Shown here piece by piece: positions 8,152 to 19,486 of a stretch of DNA of 22,437 nucleotides. The notes under the pieces are model-generated. The model had not been told where the DNA came from. It saw nothing but the letters and a program-made list of their open reading frames with translations, and did no database searches. Source of the DNA: Gemmatimonadota bacterium. GTDB taxonomy: Bacteria; Gemmatimonadota; Gemmatimonadetes; Gemmatimonadales; Gemmatimonadaceae. The position numbers and the translations under genes are program-made. The stretch is taken from NCBI GenBank assembly GCA_031372565.1, contig JANMLN010000094.1:1-22437 (forward strand), read 5' to 3'. Within the stretch, counting starts at the first letter, position 1. The number at the start of each line of letters is the position of its first letter.

Positions 8152-8507
8152 ATGCCGAATGGCATCTTCGTGACCGGCCTGGTCGTTGTGTTACTCGTGC
8201 TGCTCTGGGCCTTCAGTCTGGCGCGGGATCGCCACCCGTTGCGGTGCGCTTCCGCATCGACTCAGACCAGGTCGACCGCACGGTCTTCACCAACGGGACG
8301 ATCATCAACTTCCCGCACGCCGACATGCTCGCGCAGATGGGCGATCCGGACGCCGCGCTCGGCTTCGTTGTCCCAGATCCCGACGCGTTGAAGAGCGCGG
8401 CCCTGGTGTTCCGGAAGCACGTGCTGACGATGAGGAAGTCGGCACCGCGGTGGACGCCACGCGAACGGCCCGTCGCGGCGCCTGCAGACCCGTCAGCAGC
8501 GCGGTGA
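8152..8507 (+). pseudogene. Possible frameshifted small membrane-anchored protein
   Basis: The TM-like MPNGIFVTGLVVVLLVLLWAFSL frame turns non-protein-like at about 8240, where another frame picks up with protein-like VRFRIDSDQVDRTVFTNGTIINFPHAD... to the stop at 8507. Confidence 0.4.
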
Positions 8508-8631
8508 TCGCGACGCGAAGACCGCGAGCGTGGCGAGTCTACCATCCCGACGAAGCCTGCTGCTGTCGACGCAGAGGATGCCGCGATGCCGGTGCAGCCC
8601 GTTCCTGGCGCGGTCGTGCGCGAGGATCAGG

Positions 8632-9606
8632 TCAGGTAGAACGCAGCACCGTCTCGCGGAATGACCGGCGGTACGCGAGCGGACTGGTGTGCAGCTCCCG
8701 CCGGAAGTGCACGCGCATGCTGACTGCCGAGCCAAAGCCGCACGCGTCGGCGATGCGCTCGACACTGAGGTCCGTGGTCTCGAGTCGTGCACGCGCCGCG
8801 TTCAGTCGTTGCTCGAGCATCCACTTCAATGGCGTGGTTCCTGTTTCAAGGCGGAAGTGACGGGCAAAGCTTCGCGCGCTCATGTTGGCCTGCTGCGCCA
8901 TCTGGGCAATGGTGAGCGGACGGGCGATGCGCTCGCGCATCCATGCGCGCGTGGCATCGAGCTGCAGGGCGGGGCCGTCCGGCACCACCAGCTGGACGAA
9001 CTGCGCCTGTCCGCCACTGCGATGTGGAGCAACCACCATGCGCCGTGCCACGGCATTCGACACGGCCGCGCCGTAGTCCCTGCGCACGATGTGCAGGCAG
9101 AGATCGATGCCCGACGCAATGCCGGCTGAGGTGAGCACGTCTCCCTCGTCGACGTACAGCACATCCGGATCACACTCGACCTGTGGATATCGGCGCCGGA
9201 ACTCCGGCACGTCGAGCCAGTGCGTTGTCGCGCGCCTGCCATTCAGCAGCCCGGCCTCCGCCAGCACGAATGCACCCGTGCAGATCGAGACGATACGTGC
9301 GCCGCGCCGGTGCGCTGCCCGGAGTGCGCGCAGCGCGGCAGGCGCAAACGGCCGGTCGAGATCATCGATGCCCGGCACAACGATCGTCTGCGCGCGCCGC
9401 AGCGCGCCGAGCCCGTGTTCGACGACGATGCCGAAGCCGGTACAGCTGGTCACGATTCCAGGCTCCGGTGTGCAGAGCGTGACGCGGTAGCGTTGCGCGC
9501 CAAGATCCGGACGGGGATAGCCGAACACCTGCGTCGGCACACCGAGATCGAACGGCACGACCGATGGCATGACCAGGATGGCGACTCGGTGCGGTTGAAC
9601 GGACAT
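8632..9606 (-). CDS. GlxA/FtrA-family transcriptional regulator (DJ-1/PfpI-like domain + AraC HTH)
   Basis: Motifs SICTGAFVLAEAGLLNGRRATTHW, TSAGIASGIDLCLH, HRSGGQAQF, MSARSFARHF and ACGFGSAVSMRVHFRR. Start placed at ATG 9606. Confidence 0.95.
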   Translation of the reverse strand: MSVQPHRVAILVMPSVVPFDLGVPTQVFGYPRPDLGAQRYRVTLCTPEPGIVTSCTGFGIVVEHGLGALRRAQTIVVPGIDDLDRPFAPAALRALRAAHRRGARIVSICTGAFVLAEAGLLNGRRATTHWLDVPEFRRRYPQVECDPDVLYVDEGDVLTSAGIASGIDLCLHIVRRDYGAAVSNAVARRMVVAPHRSGGQAQFVQLVVPDGPALQLDATRAWMRERIARPLTIAQMAQQANMSARSFARHFRLETGTTPLKWMLEQRLNAARARLETTDLSVERIADACGFGSAVSMRVHFRRELHTSPLAYRRSFRETVLRST

Positions 9607-9708
9607 GGCCGAAACATGTCGAATAGTGGCAGTCCTGCCAATGGTGTTCGCCCACGCACGGCGCAATGTTCGAGGCAGCCTTCCTCACCCTGCATACCGG
9701 ACGGACCC

Positions 9709-10629
9709 ATGCGCCTCGCGCACCAGCTCGTCGCCGGCCTTGGCCTCGCGCTTCCGCTCGCTCTCGATGGTCAGCCGTCGCCGCGCGCCTCGTCACCTGC
9801 GTCGGCGGCCACCGACGCCATGGTTGTGACGACCGACTGGCTCGCCTCCCACCTGAGCGACCCGAACGTGGTCGTCGTCGAGGTGGTGCACGAGCAGGGC
9901 AAGCGTGGCCCGCATGTCGCGGGATCGCGCGCGCTGTTCTACGGGCACATGACCGTCTCCCGCGACGGACTGAGTACCGAACTGCCCGCACCGGATTCGC
10001 TGCGTGCGCTCTTCGAGGGCCTTGGCATCTCGAATGCGTCGCGCGTGGTGGTGTATGCCAGCGAGGCGCCGATGGCGACGCGCATGCTGATGACGCTCGA
10101 CTACCTCGGCCACCAGCGGATCTCGTACCTCGATGGCGGCTTGCCGAAGTGGATGGCCGAGAAGCGTGCACTCTCGGAGGATGAGCCGACCGTGGCACGC
10201 GGCTCGTTCACCGTCACGCTGCGCCCCGACATGATCGCGAACGCCGACTGGATCACCGCGCGGCTCGGCAAGCCCGGCACGGCGTTCATCGACACGCGCA
10301 CCACCGGTGAGTACAACGGCACCGGCAATCGGAGCGGCATGCCCAGCGCGGGGCATCTTCAGGGCGCGCGACAGTTGGAGTGGGAGGCGCTGTTCGATCT
10401 CGACGGCGGCAACGGCCTGCGGCTCAAGGATCGCGCGACGCTGCGCCAGCTATTCGCCGACCGGAGTCATGCCGGCGATACGGTCGTGACGTACTGCTGG
10501 ATCGGATATCGTGCCAGCGCCACCTGGTTCGCCGCGCGGCTGCTCGGCTACGAGACGAAGTTCTATGACGGGTCGTACCAGGACTGGCGGCTGCGGAAGT
10601 TGCCGACGACGGCGGGCGCGCAGCCATAG
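9709..10629 (+). CDS. Tandem-domain rhodanese/sulfurtransferase with signal peptide
   Basis: Motifs VVTTDWLASHL, LGISNASRVVVY, YLDGGLPKW, IDTR...EY.G, GHLQGA, active-site YCWIGYRA and YDGSYQDW. N-terminal hydrophobic signal. Confidence 0.93.
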   Translation: MRLAHQLVAGLGLALPLALDGQPSPRASSPASAATDAMVVTTDWLASHLSDPNVVVVEVVHEQGKRGPHVAGSRALFYGHMTVSRDGLSTELPAPDSLRALFEGLGISNASRVVVYASEAPMATRMLMTLDYLGHQRISYLDGGLPKWMAEKRALSEDEPTVARGSFTVTLRPDMIANADWITARLGKPGTAFIDTRTTGEYNGTGNRSGMPSAGHLQGARQLEWEALFDLDGGNGLRLKDRATLRQLFADRSHAGDTVVTYCWIGYRASATWFAARLLGYETKFYDGSYQDWRLRKLPTTAGAQP

Positions 10630-10832
10630 CCGGGAGGGATCAGCTGCGCACGCCCCACCGCAGGACGACGCACCAACCGCGCGGTGTTGGCGCGATCGTC
10701 GCAGCCAATAGGCGGGCTTGATTCTCGCAGGGAGCGGCGGTGGCGACGGCCGACGGGCAGGTGCATCCAGATAGACCAACCATGCGAATATTCGCGAGTC
10801 GAACGCCACGCCCACTCCCCAGCCACCACCGC

Positions 10833-12143
10833 ATGTTCCGTCCGTTCTGCCTCCTCGCCGCGATCGTTGGAGCGAGTGTGCCGCTCGCCGCGCAATCCCG
10901 TCCGGCGCCGCCGACGACGAACCTCGCTCGTCTCGCCGGGGAATGGATTTTCGAGATGGAAGGGGACGGACAACCGCAGCGCGTCACGCTGACAGCGAGC
11001 GGCGACTCGTTGCGCGGGCAGGTGTATGGGCAGAACTTCGCCGCGTCGTTCACCGGCACGCGCCTCGCGTTTGCGGTCGGCGACTTTCGCTGGCGGGCCA
11101 CGGTGCGCGGGGACTCGCTCGTCGGCTTCCTCGGCATTGCGCCGGATAGTTCGCGCTGGTTCGGCGTGCGAGATACGCGTCCCCCGGTTCCGCGCAGTGT
11201 GCGACTCGAGCCCACGACATGGTGGCGCGGCGTCAGTGCCACCGCCACGCCGGCGCTACGCATCGCGGCCGGTGACACCGTGCGCACGACCACCGTGGAC
11301 GCCGGCGGGTGGGGGCGCGGCGCGTACGGGGACCGAGCGAACAAGCTGACGATGGGCGGCAACCCGTTGACCGGGCCGATCTACGTGGAAGGCGCGCTCC
11401 CCGGCGACGTGCTGATCGTCAAGCTCCATCGCGTGCGACTCAATCGCGGCTGGGCCTTCAGCGGCACCTGGCTGATGGATAACGCCATCGACGTGTCATA
11501 TGCCACCGAGCGCAAGGGCACGCCACCAGGTGCGCCGCAGAACAACCAGTGGCTGCTCGACACGCTCACCGGAACGGCACGCCTCGCCGCGCCACCCACC
11601 GCGCTCGCCAACTTTGCCGTGCCGCTCACTCCGTTCCTCGGCGTCATCGCGGCGGCGCCCGGCACGGAGTTCACGCCGAGTGCTCGCGAGTCGGGGGCGT
11701 ACGGGGGCAACATGGAGAACCGCTTCATCCGCGAGGGGGCGACGGTCATGCTGCCGGTGCGGACGCGCGGCGCGTTGCTCTACCTTGGCGATGGCCACGC
11801 CGCACAGGGCGACGGCGAACTCACCGGGGACGCGATGGAGACCAGTCTCGACGTCACCTTCAGCGTGGAGATCAAGCGCTGGGGCTTCAATGACATCGTG
11901 CGGGTGGAAGACGCCGAGCAGATCATGAGTGTCGGCGTGGGCGGCTCGCTCGACGAAGCGATGCGACGCGCGACCAGCGACATGGCGCGCTGGCTCGAGC
12001 GCGAGTACAAGCTCACGAGCACCGAGGCGGCTCTCGTGATGGGCTTCGGGCTCCGCTTCGATATCCCAGATGTAGTGCCACCGGGCTTCGGCGTCACGGC
12101 GCGGCTGCCGAAGTCGGCGTTGTCTCAACTCTCGCGGCGGTAG
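10833..12143 (+). CDS. Acetamidase/formamidase (FmdA/AmdA) family protein, exported, with extra N-terminal beta domain
   Basis: Motifs NPLTGPIYVEGALPGDVL, PFLGVIAAAP, YGGNME and GALLYLGDGHAAQGDGELTGDAME. Signal peptide MFRPFCLLAAIVGASVPLAAQ. Alternative start at 10782. Confidence 0.92.
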   Translation: MFRPFCLLAAIVGASVPLAAQSRPAPPTTNLARLAGEWIFEMEGDGQPQRVTLTASGDSLRGQVYGQNFAASFTGTRLAFAVGDFRWRATVRGDSLVGFLGIAPDSSRWFGVRDTRPPVPRSVRLEPTTWWRGVSATATPALRIAAGDTVRTTTVDAGGWGRGAYGDRANKLTMGGNPLTGPIYVEGALPGDVLIVKLHRVRLNRGWAFSGTWLMDNAIDVSYATERKGTPPGAPQNNQWLLDTLTGTARLAAPPTALANFAVPLTPFLGVIAAAPGTEFTPSARESGAYGGNMENRFIREGATVMLPVRTRGALLYLGDGHAAQGDGELTGDAMETSLDVTFSVEIKRWGFNDIVRVEDAEQIMSVGVGGSLDEAMRRATSDMARWLEREYKLTSTEAALVMGFGLRFDIPDVVPPGFGVTARLPKSALSQLSRR

Positions 12144-12193
12144 ACCATCGGGGCGACGCGCGGTCAGCTCTCCTCGTAGGCGCATGATCGGCC

Positions 12194-12288
12194 GCATGAC
12201 GGGAGGTGGTGCTGACGGTCGCGGTATGGAAGCGGCAGCTGCGCCGACGCATTTCGTGGAGTGCCCGCAGCACAACTTGACGTTTGAA
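12194..12288 (+). other. Integron attC-like site (95 bp)
   Basis: GCATGAC-GGGAGGT-G-GTGCTG-A-CGG ... CCG-CAGCAC-AACTT-GAC-GTTTGAA. The arms pair with two unpaired left-arm bases 6 nt apart, and there are 8 nt from the stem to GTT. Confidence 0.65.
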
Positions 12289-12345
12289 CGCATCACGTCT
12301 TACCCTCAAGCGCACGACGTCCGTCGACCTTCTGGACCGCCCGGT

Positions 12346-12918
12346 ATGGACATCACCACGCCCCTCGACCTTCCCGATCGCCCGACGTGGCGCGCCTGGT
12401 TGCGGGCGCATCATTCGGAGGCGTCTGGCGTTTGGGTGCTGCTCGGCCCGTTGCACGCGCCGGACCGGCTGTCCTACCTCGAGGCTGTCGAAGAGGCCTT
12501 GTGCTTCGGCTGGATCGACAGTCTCGCCAAACGCCATGCGCCGGGCGTGTTGGCGCAGCGATTCAGTCCCCGACGCGCTCGCAGCCGATGGACGGAACTG
12601 AACAAGGCGCGGGCGCGCCGCCTGATGGCGCTGGGACAGATGACGGACGCGGGGCGCGCGACGCTGCCGGACCTCGCGCCGCGCACGGACGTGGCGCCGG
12701 ACATTGAGGCGGCGCTCCGGGCCACCGGCGCCGCGTGGACGCACTGGCAGGCGATGCCGACCCTGTATCGCGCCGTGCGGCTGAGCTACGTGGAGGAAGT
12801 TCGCCGTCAGCCGGTAGAGTTTGGGCGGCGCCTCGCGAACCTGGTCCGCAACACCGCGCGGAATGTGCAGTTTGGCAACTGGAACGATGGGGGTCGCCTT
12901 GCCGAGCCCGAACCGTAA
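12346..12918 (+). CDS. YdeI/OmpD-associated family protein
   Basis: Motifs WRAWLRAHHSEASGVW, YLEAVEEALCFGWIDS, QRFSPRRARSRWTELNK and GQMTDAG. The stop TAA lies within CCGTAAC. Confidence 0.92.
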   Translation: MDITTPLDLPDRPTWRAWLRAHHSEASGVWVLLGPLHAPDRLSYLEAVEEALCFGWIDSLAKRHAPGVLAQRFSPRRARSRWTELNKARARRLMALGQMTDAGRATLPDLAPRTDVAPDIEAALRATGAAWTHWQAMPTLYRAVRLSYVEEVRRQPVEFGRRLANLVRNTARNVQFGNWNDGGRLAEPEP

Positions 12919-12969
12919 CGTCCCAGCTGCGGCAGCAGCGGCACGCGGCGATTTGCGCGCCCGTTGCCG
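12913..12969 (+). other. Collapsed attC-like site
   Basis: Begins CCGTAAC (contains the ydeI stop) and ends GATTTGCGCGCCC-GTTGCCG. Internal symmetry is poor. Confidence 0.4.
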
Positions 12970-13080
12970 TCCACCTATGCGTTGCTGCTGACAGGGCTTT
13001 CGAAGATTGCGGCCAATTGCTCGTTGCGCTCGGTGGCCGCGACTTGTTGAAGGGTCCTGCAGCAGAACGCGCAGTTCCAT
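12969..13080 (+). other. Integron attC-like site (~112 bp)
   Basis: GTCCACC-TAT-GCGTT-G-CTGCTG-A-CAGGGC ... GTCCTG-CAGCAG-AACGC-GCA-GTTCCAT gives near-perfect arm pairing with extrahelical G and A. Inner stem GCGGCCA/TGGCCGC. Both core boxes deviate from consensus. Confidence 0.75.
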
Positions 13081-13160
13081 CGGCGCCATGTGCACCACGA
13101 AACCGTTTGCGACATTGCTCGTACGGACACCATACCCACTGTCGCAGCTGGAGGCTCGCC

Positions 13161-13622
13161 GTGCTTCGATCGGTTGCCGCGTACTTCTTCGCAGGCGCGC
13201 TCCTGCTTCTCAGCACGAGTGCCTTTCGTCAAGCGCTGAGTGAGTTCCGCCAAACGCAACCCGGCTCGCCGCTCTTCGGTGCGCTGCAGCTGGTGATCGG
13301 CACATCGGCGGTGGCAGCGGCCATTGGCCTGGTGAAGCGCGCGCGTTGGGCCGCGTGGTTCGTTGCCGTCTGGGGCGTTGCAACCGTCGCGCTGCTCGCC
13401 GTACAACCCCTGTTCGCGCCCATGGACGCAGACGCGCAGCGGTCGATCTGGTTGGGTGCGGCGGCGGTCGGCGTCGCGGCGGCAGGCGTGAGCTGGTTCG
13501 CGTGTCGCCTTGACCGGGGCGATGCCGCATCGCGTGCGTCGGCAGCGCGGGCAACCGCTCTACCAACGGCACCGGTGCCGCTGGCCGAAGCGCGGCGACC
13601 AGGGGAGGAAGCGCCCGGATGA
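13161..13622 (+). CDS. Small four-TM membrane protein, hypothetical
   Basis: GGAGG RBS then GTG (VLRSVAAYFFAGALLLL...). Four hydrophobic segments. Lies directly after the attC-like site. Confidence 0.75.
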   Translation: MLRSVAAYFFAGALLLLSTSAFRQALSEFRQTQPGSPLFGALQLVIGTSAVAAAIGLVKRARWAAWFVAVWGVATVALLAVQPLFAPMDADAQRSIWLGAAAVGVAAAGVSWFACRLDRGDAASRASAARATALPTAPVPLAEARRPGEEAPG

Positions 13623-13717
13623 CCGGCGACCTTCGCCGCTCTCTCGTGGTTCCGGCGCGCAACGAAGCCGCGCTGCTCCCTCGCTTGCTCGCCTCGGTAG
13701 AAGTGGCCCGCTCCCGC
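13619..13717 (+). pseudogene. Glycosyltransferase family 2 N-terminal fragment
   Basis: ATGA overlap with the upstream gene. SLVVPARNEAALLPRLLASV is the GT2 start motif. Similarity is lost after about 33 codons (nominal stop 13822). Confidence 0.7.
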
Positions 13718-13823
13718 GGTACGCTCCACCCCGGTCGTGCGTCTCCCGCGCGGATTGTTCAACCTGAAGCACGACGGGGCGCGGCTCTCGCCGCGCCCCG
13801 CCATGTCTACGCGAACTGCTGAC

Positions 13824-15872
13824 CTACTTGACTGGCATCTCGATCACGAAGACGTCCGTCCGCGGGCTGCCGTTCATGTTCGAGGTGAACATCACGAGCT
13901 TGCCATCGGTCCCGATACAGGTGCGCGGCTGCGAGTAGTAGTTGAAGTTCTGGTCCGTGGAGGTCGGCCTCACCGAGTAGTGGTGCGCCACAAGCTTGAA
14001 GTTGAGGCCGTCGAGGGTGAGCATGGCGAGCCCTTCTTTCACCCCGTCCGACCCGTACGCCACAAATCCGAAGTCGTAGCTCTCGCGGAGCACCCACTGC
14101 TTCTTGAGGTTCCCCCCGAGTTCAGCGTCACTCATGACCCACAGGCCCGAGCTGTGGGCGTCTGGGTAGTATCCGCCGAGGTTTCCGTAAGAGACGTGCG
14201 CGCGGGCAGGGCTCGGGTCCACCGCCCACTGCGGCGTCGTTTTCCCCGTATTCACGTCTGAAATGACGAAATAGCCGCGCAAAATGCCCGCGTGCCCGAA
14301 CGACGAGTTCCCGGGCGCGGGGAGGGTCACCGTCGTGTTTGTCGCGAGGTCCCAGAGCTGCGGCGCCGAGAGCGAGTTGTTGGCTAACACGTAGTTGCCG
14401 TTGCGCTCGAGATACGGCTCATCCAGACCAGCGAATGCCTTGGTGACCGAACTGTTCGTCGAGCGCGTGTAGACCGTGACTCCGCCGGACACGGTGCCCG
14501 AGAGGACGGCGAATCGCTCGTCATTCCTGTCATTCTGGAACCAGCTTGCCCCGCCGAGCGAAACGGGGAAGGGGGCGACGTCCGCGTAGGCATTGGTTGC
14601 GACGTCATACCTGCGCATCTGACCGGTTCCCGATACCAAGTAGACGATGCTCGGGGTCGGCGGGTCCTTGGAGAACGTGGCGCTGGAGGTGCCCCCGGGC
14701 GCGGAGCGATAGTTGGAGAAGCCAACGCCGCGCTTGAAGTCCACGAAGATCACGCCGCCCGCCATTCCGTCGATCCAGATCGTGTGCTTGCCACCGTACT
14801 CTCGCGAAATCTGTGACGGCCCCTCCGAATAGTTGTGGTGCATGTACGCGTTCGCGGCCGGCACGGTCGCGCTCGTCATCTTCCAGACCCGCAGCCCCGA
14901 GACCGGATCGAGGTACGAGGCGCCGGCGGGAAGCCGGGGCACATTGAGCGCGGCGTACGCCGCCACGTTCTTGTCCTGTCGCTTGGCGTCCGGGAGCGAC
15001 AGGGGATCGGCCCGTGTGGCGCTGGGCGCGTACGCATTCACCATCACGGGCACATTGGCGCTCACGCCTCCGATCGAGGCCGTGACGCTCGCCATGCCGC
15101 TCTTGACCCCGTACACCACCCCCGTCGTGCTCACCGTCGCCACTTGCGCCGCATTGGTCGCGTAGAACGTCGGCAGGCCGGCCACCGGGCGGTTACCCGC
15201 GTCCAGCGCGACGGCGGCGAGCTGCTGGGTGCCGCCAACCATGACCGTCACGGACGCAGGGCTCACGGTCACCCGGGCGACCGGCGAGGGCCGGACCTTC
15301 ACGATGACCATCGCGCTGCCGTCGAAGAGTGTCGTGAAGGTCAGCGTCGTGGTGCCCGCCCGGCCCGCGATCACGGCGCCCGTCGCGCTCACACGCGCGG
15401 CCAGCGTGTCCGCGCTGGTCCACGTGCCCGGCACGTTGCTTCCGACGCGCGAGGTGGCACCACTCATCATCGAGAGCGCCGTCGGCGAGAGGGTGATCGC
15501 CCAGCGCGCACGGACGCGCACATTGATGCTGTCCCGCGCGCTGCCACCGACGGCGCGGATCCACGTCCGACCCACCGAGAGGCAGGTCAGGGCGCCGGTG
15601 GCGGCGTTCACCTGCGCGGCCGCGGGATTGGACGAACTCCACGTCACGGGTCCTCCGCCCTGGCCACTGGTTTGCAGTTGGAGGGAACAACCCGTCGGAA
15701 GCTCCTCCGCCGCGAGCCGCACGATCAGTGGCGACGCCTGAACGGCCGCAGCCGCGGAGGGGTCGACGGCCATGGTCTGACTGTTCGGCGCGGCGAGTGG
15801 CGAACGCTCACAGGCGGCAATCGCAAGGGACAGACAGGCGAAACGAACGCTTACGGCGACGGGAAGACGCAC
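13824..15872 (-). CDS. Lipoprotein with ~3 bacterial Ig-like (Big_2) domains and a C-terminal beta-propeller (oligogalacturonate-lyase/TolB-like)
   Basis: GGAG then GTG 15872 (alternative 15905). Lipobox SLAIAAC. Ig repeats VTWSSSNPAAAQVN..G, TWTSAD..A.VS.TG and VTVSPASVTV. The propeller opens with YLDPVSGLRVWKMT and ends YYSQPR..GTDGKLVMFTSNM...DVFVIE. Confidence 0.85.
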   Translation of the reverse strand: MRLPVAVSVRFACLSLAIAACERSPLAAPNSQTMAVDPSAAAAVQASPLIVRLAAEELPTGCSLQLQTSGQGGGPVTWSSSNPAAAQVNAATGALTCLSVGRTWIRAVGGSARDSINVRVRARWAITLSPTALSMMSGATSRVGSNVPGTWTSADTLAARVSATGAVIAGRAGTTTLTFTTLFDGSAMVIVKVRPSPVARVTVSPASVTVMVGGTQQLAAVALDAGNRPVAGLPTFYATNAAQVATVSTTGVVYGVKSGMASVTASIGGVSANVPVMVNAYAPSATRADPLSLPDAKRQDKNVAAYAALNVPRLPAGASYLDPVSGLRVWKMTSATVPAANAYMHHNYSEGPSQISREYGGKHTIWIDGMAGGVIFVDFKRGVGFSNYRSAPGGTSSATFSKDPPTPSIVYLVSGTGQMRRYDVATNAYADVAPFPVSLGGASWFQNDRNDERFAVLSGTVSGGVTVYTRSTNSSVTKAFAGLDEPYLERNGNYVLANNSLSAPQLWDLATNTTVTLPAPGNSSFGHAGILRGYFVISDVNTGKTTPQWAVDPSPARAHVSYGNLGGYYPDAHSSGLWVMSDAELGGNLKKQWVLRESYDFGFVAYGSDGVKEGLAMLTLDGLNFKLVAHHYSVRPTSTDQNFNYYSQPRTCIGTDGKLVMFTSNMNGSPRTDVFVIEMPVK

Positions 15873-16303
15873 CAGACAACTCCAGAAGGACGGGGGAACG
15901 GGCACGCTCCTTCAGGAGCGCACGGCACGTATCGCGACGTTCGCAGATCGCGAGACCGCGCGGTGGGACGACCAACGATGACATGGCGAAACGGGCGAGC
16001 TCGGATGATTCTACGCGGAGCACGGTCCTTGCTCCGTCGGGGAGCTCGCGATCACGGTCACGATCCGGGAAGCGTTCATCCCGGCGACCTGCCGCCGGAA
16101 GGTCGGGCAGGATGAGGATCGCGGGAAGCGATCTTCGATCGGGGGCGGCGGTTGAGTGCGACGATGATACTCCGAGTCCCCCCGTGGCGCGAGGGCAGAC
16201 CGTGGGCGACCCCGCGCACCCCGCGAACACGCTGCACGGCCCCGTCAGCCGTGGCGGGGCGCGTCGAGATCTGCCGCTTGCCGGCGAGACGGCCCCGACT
16301 GTC

Positions 16304-16454
16304 AGCGGAAATGGCGTACCCCTCCTCGAGGCTGATCTGGGCGTAGGTCATGGCTTCCTTTCTCTTGGCGGAGGATTGAAGCCCAGCCTACCTCAGGTCA
16401 CCCCACCCACTTCCGGGGGTGCGGCAGTTGTTGCACTCACTATGCGAATGCACG
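16304..16454 (-). mobile_element. IS30-family remnant: left inverted repeat plus first ~16 transposase codons
   Basis: The minus-strand 26-mer CGTGC-ATTC-GCATAGTGAG-TGCAACA (16454-16429) has the IS30 IR layout (N5-ATTC-N10-YGCAACA). RBS AAAGGAAG, then MTYAQISLEEGYAISA, resembling IS30 transposase N-termini (Y.QlT.EERY.I). Confidence 0.75.
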
Positions 16455-16456
16455 CG

Positions 16457-16551
16457 CCTGAACGGTGCTCGGTACCGACGGCCGCGCTAGTGATGGCGGA
16501 CGCTCCGCTGCTGCATCATGCAAGCAGCCGCAGCACAACCCGGCGTCGGCC
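16457..16551 (+). other. Integron attC-like site (95 bp, decayed)
   Basis: CCTGAAC-GGTGCTC-G-GTACCG-A-CGGCCGC ... GCAGCCG-CAGCAC-AACCC-GGC-GTCGGCC, with inner pairs TGATG/CATCA and GCGGA/TCCGC. The core GTT reads GTC. Confidence 0.6.
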
Positions 16552-16568
16552 CGGCAATCCGCCGCGCG

Positions 16569-19259
<2,691 letters not shown>

Positions 19260-19486
19260 GCTGGCGGGTGTCGGGTCAGCGCCCGTGACAGTGCGCCGCA
19301 CGTAAGAACGGAGGCAACCCCTCGTTCCGCAAGGCCCAGCGCACGCGCTCGGCGTCAAGGGAAAGCAGGCCGCCTCGGGCCGGTCCGTGTTGCACGCTCG
19401 CCGACACAGATCGGTGTGAAACTGCGCGCCCCGAAGCCACAGAAACCAGTGGACGTCGATCCCTTTCGCTCGCTGCCTTCCTCGCG

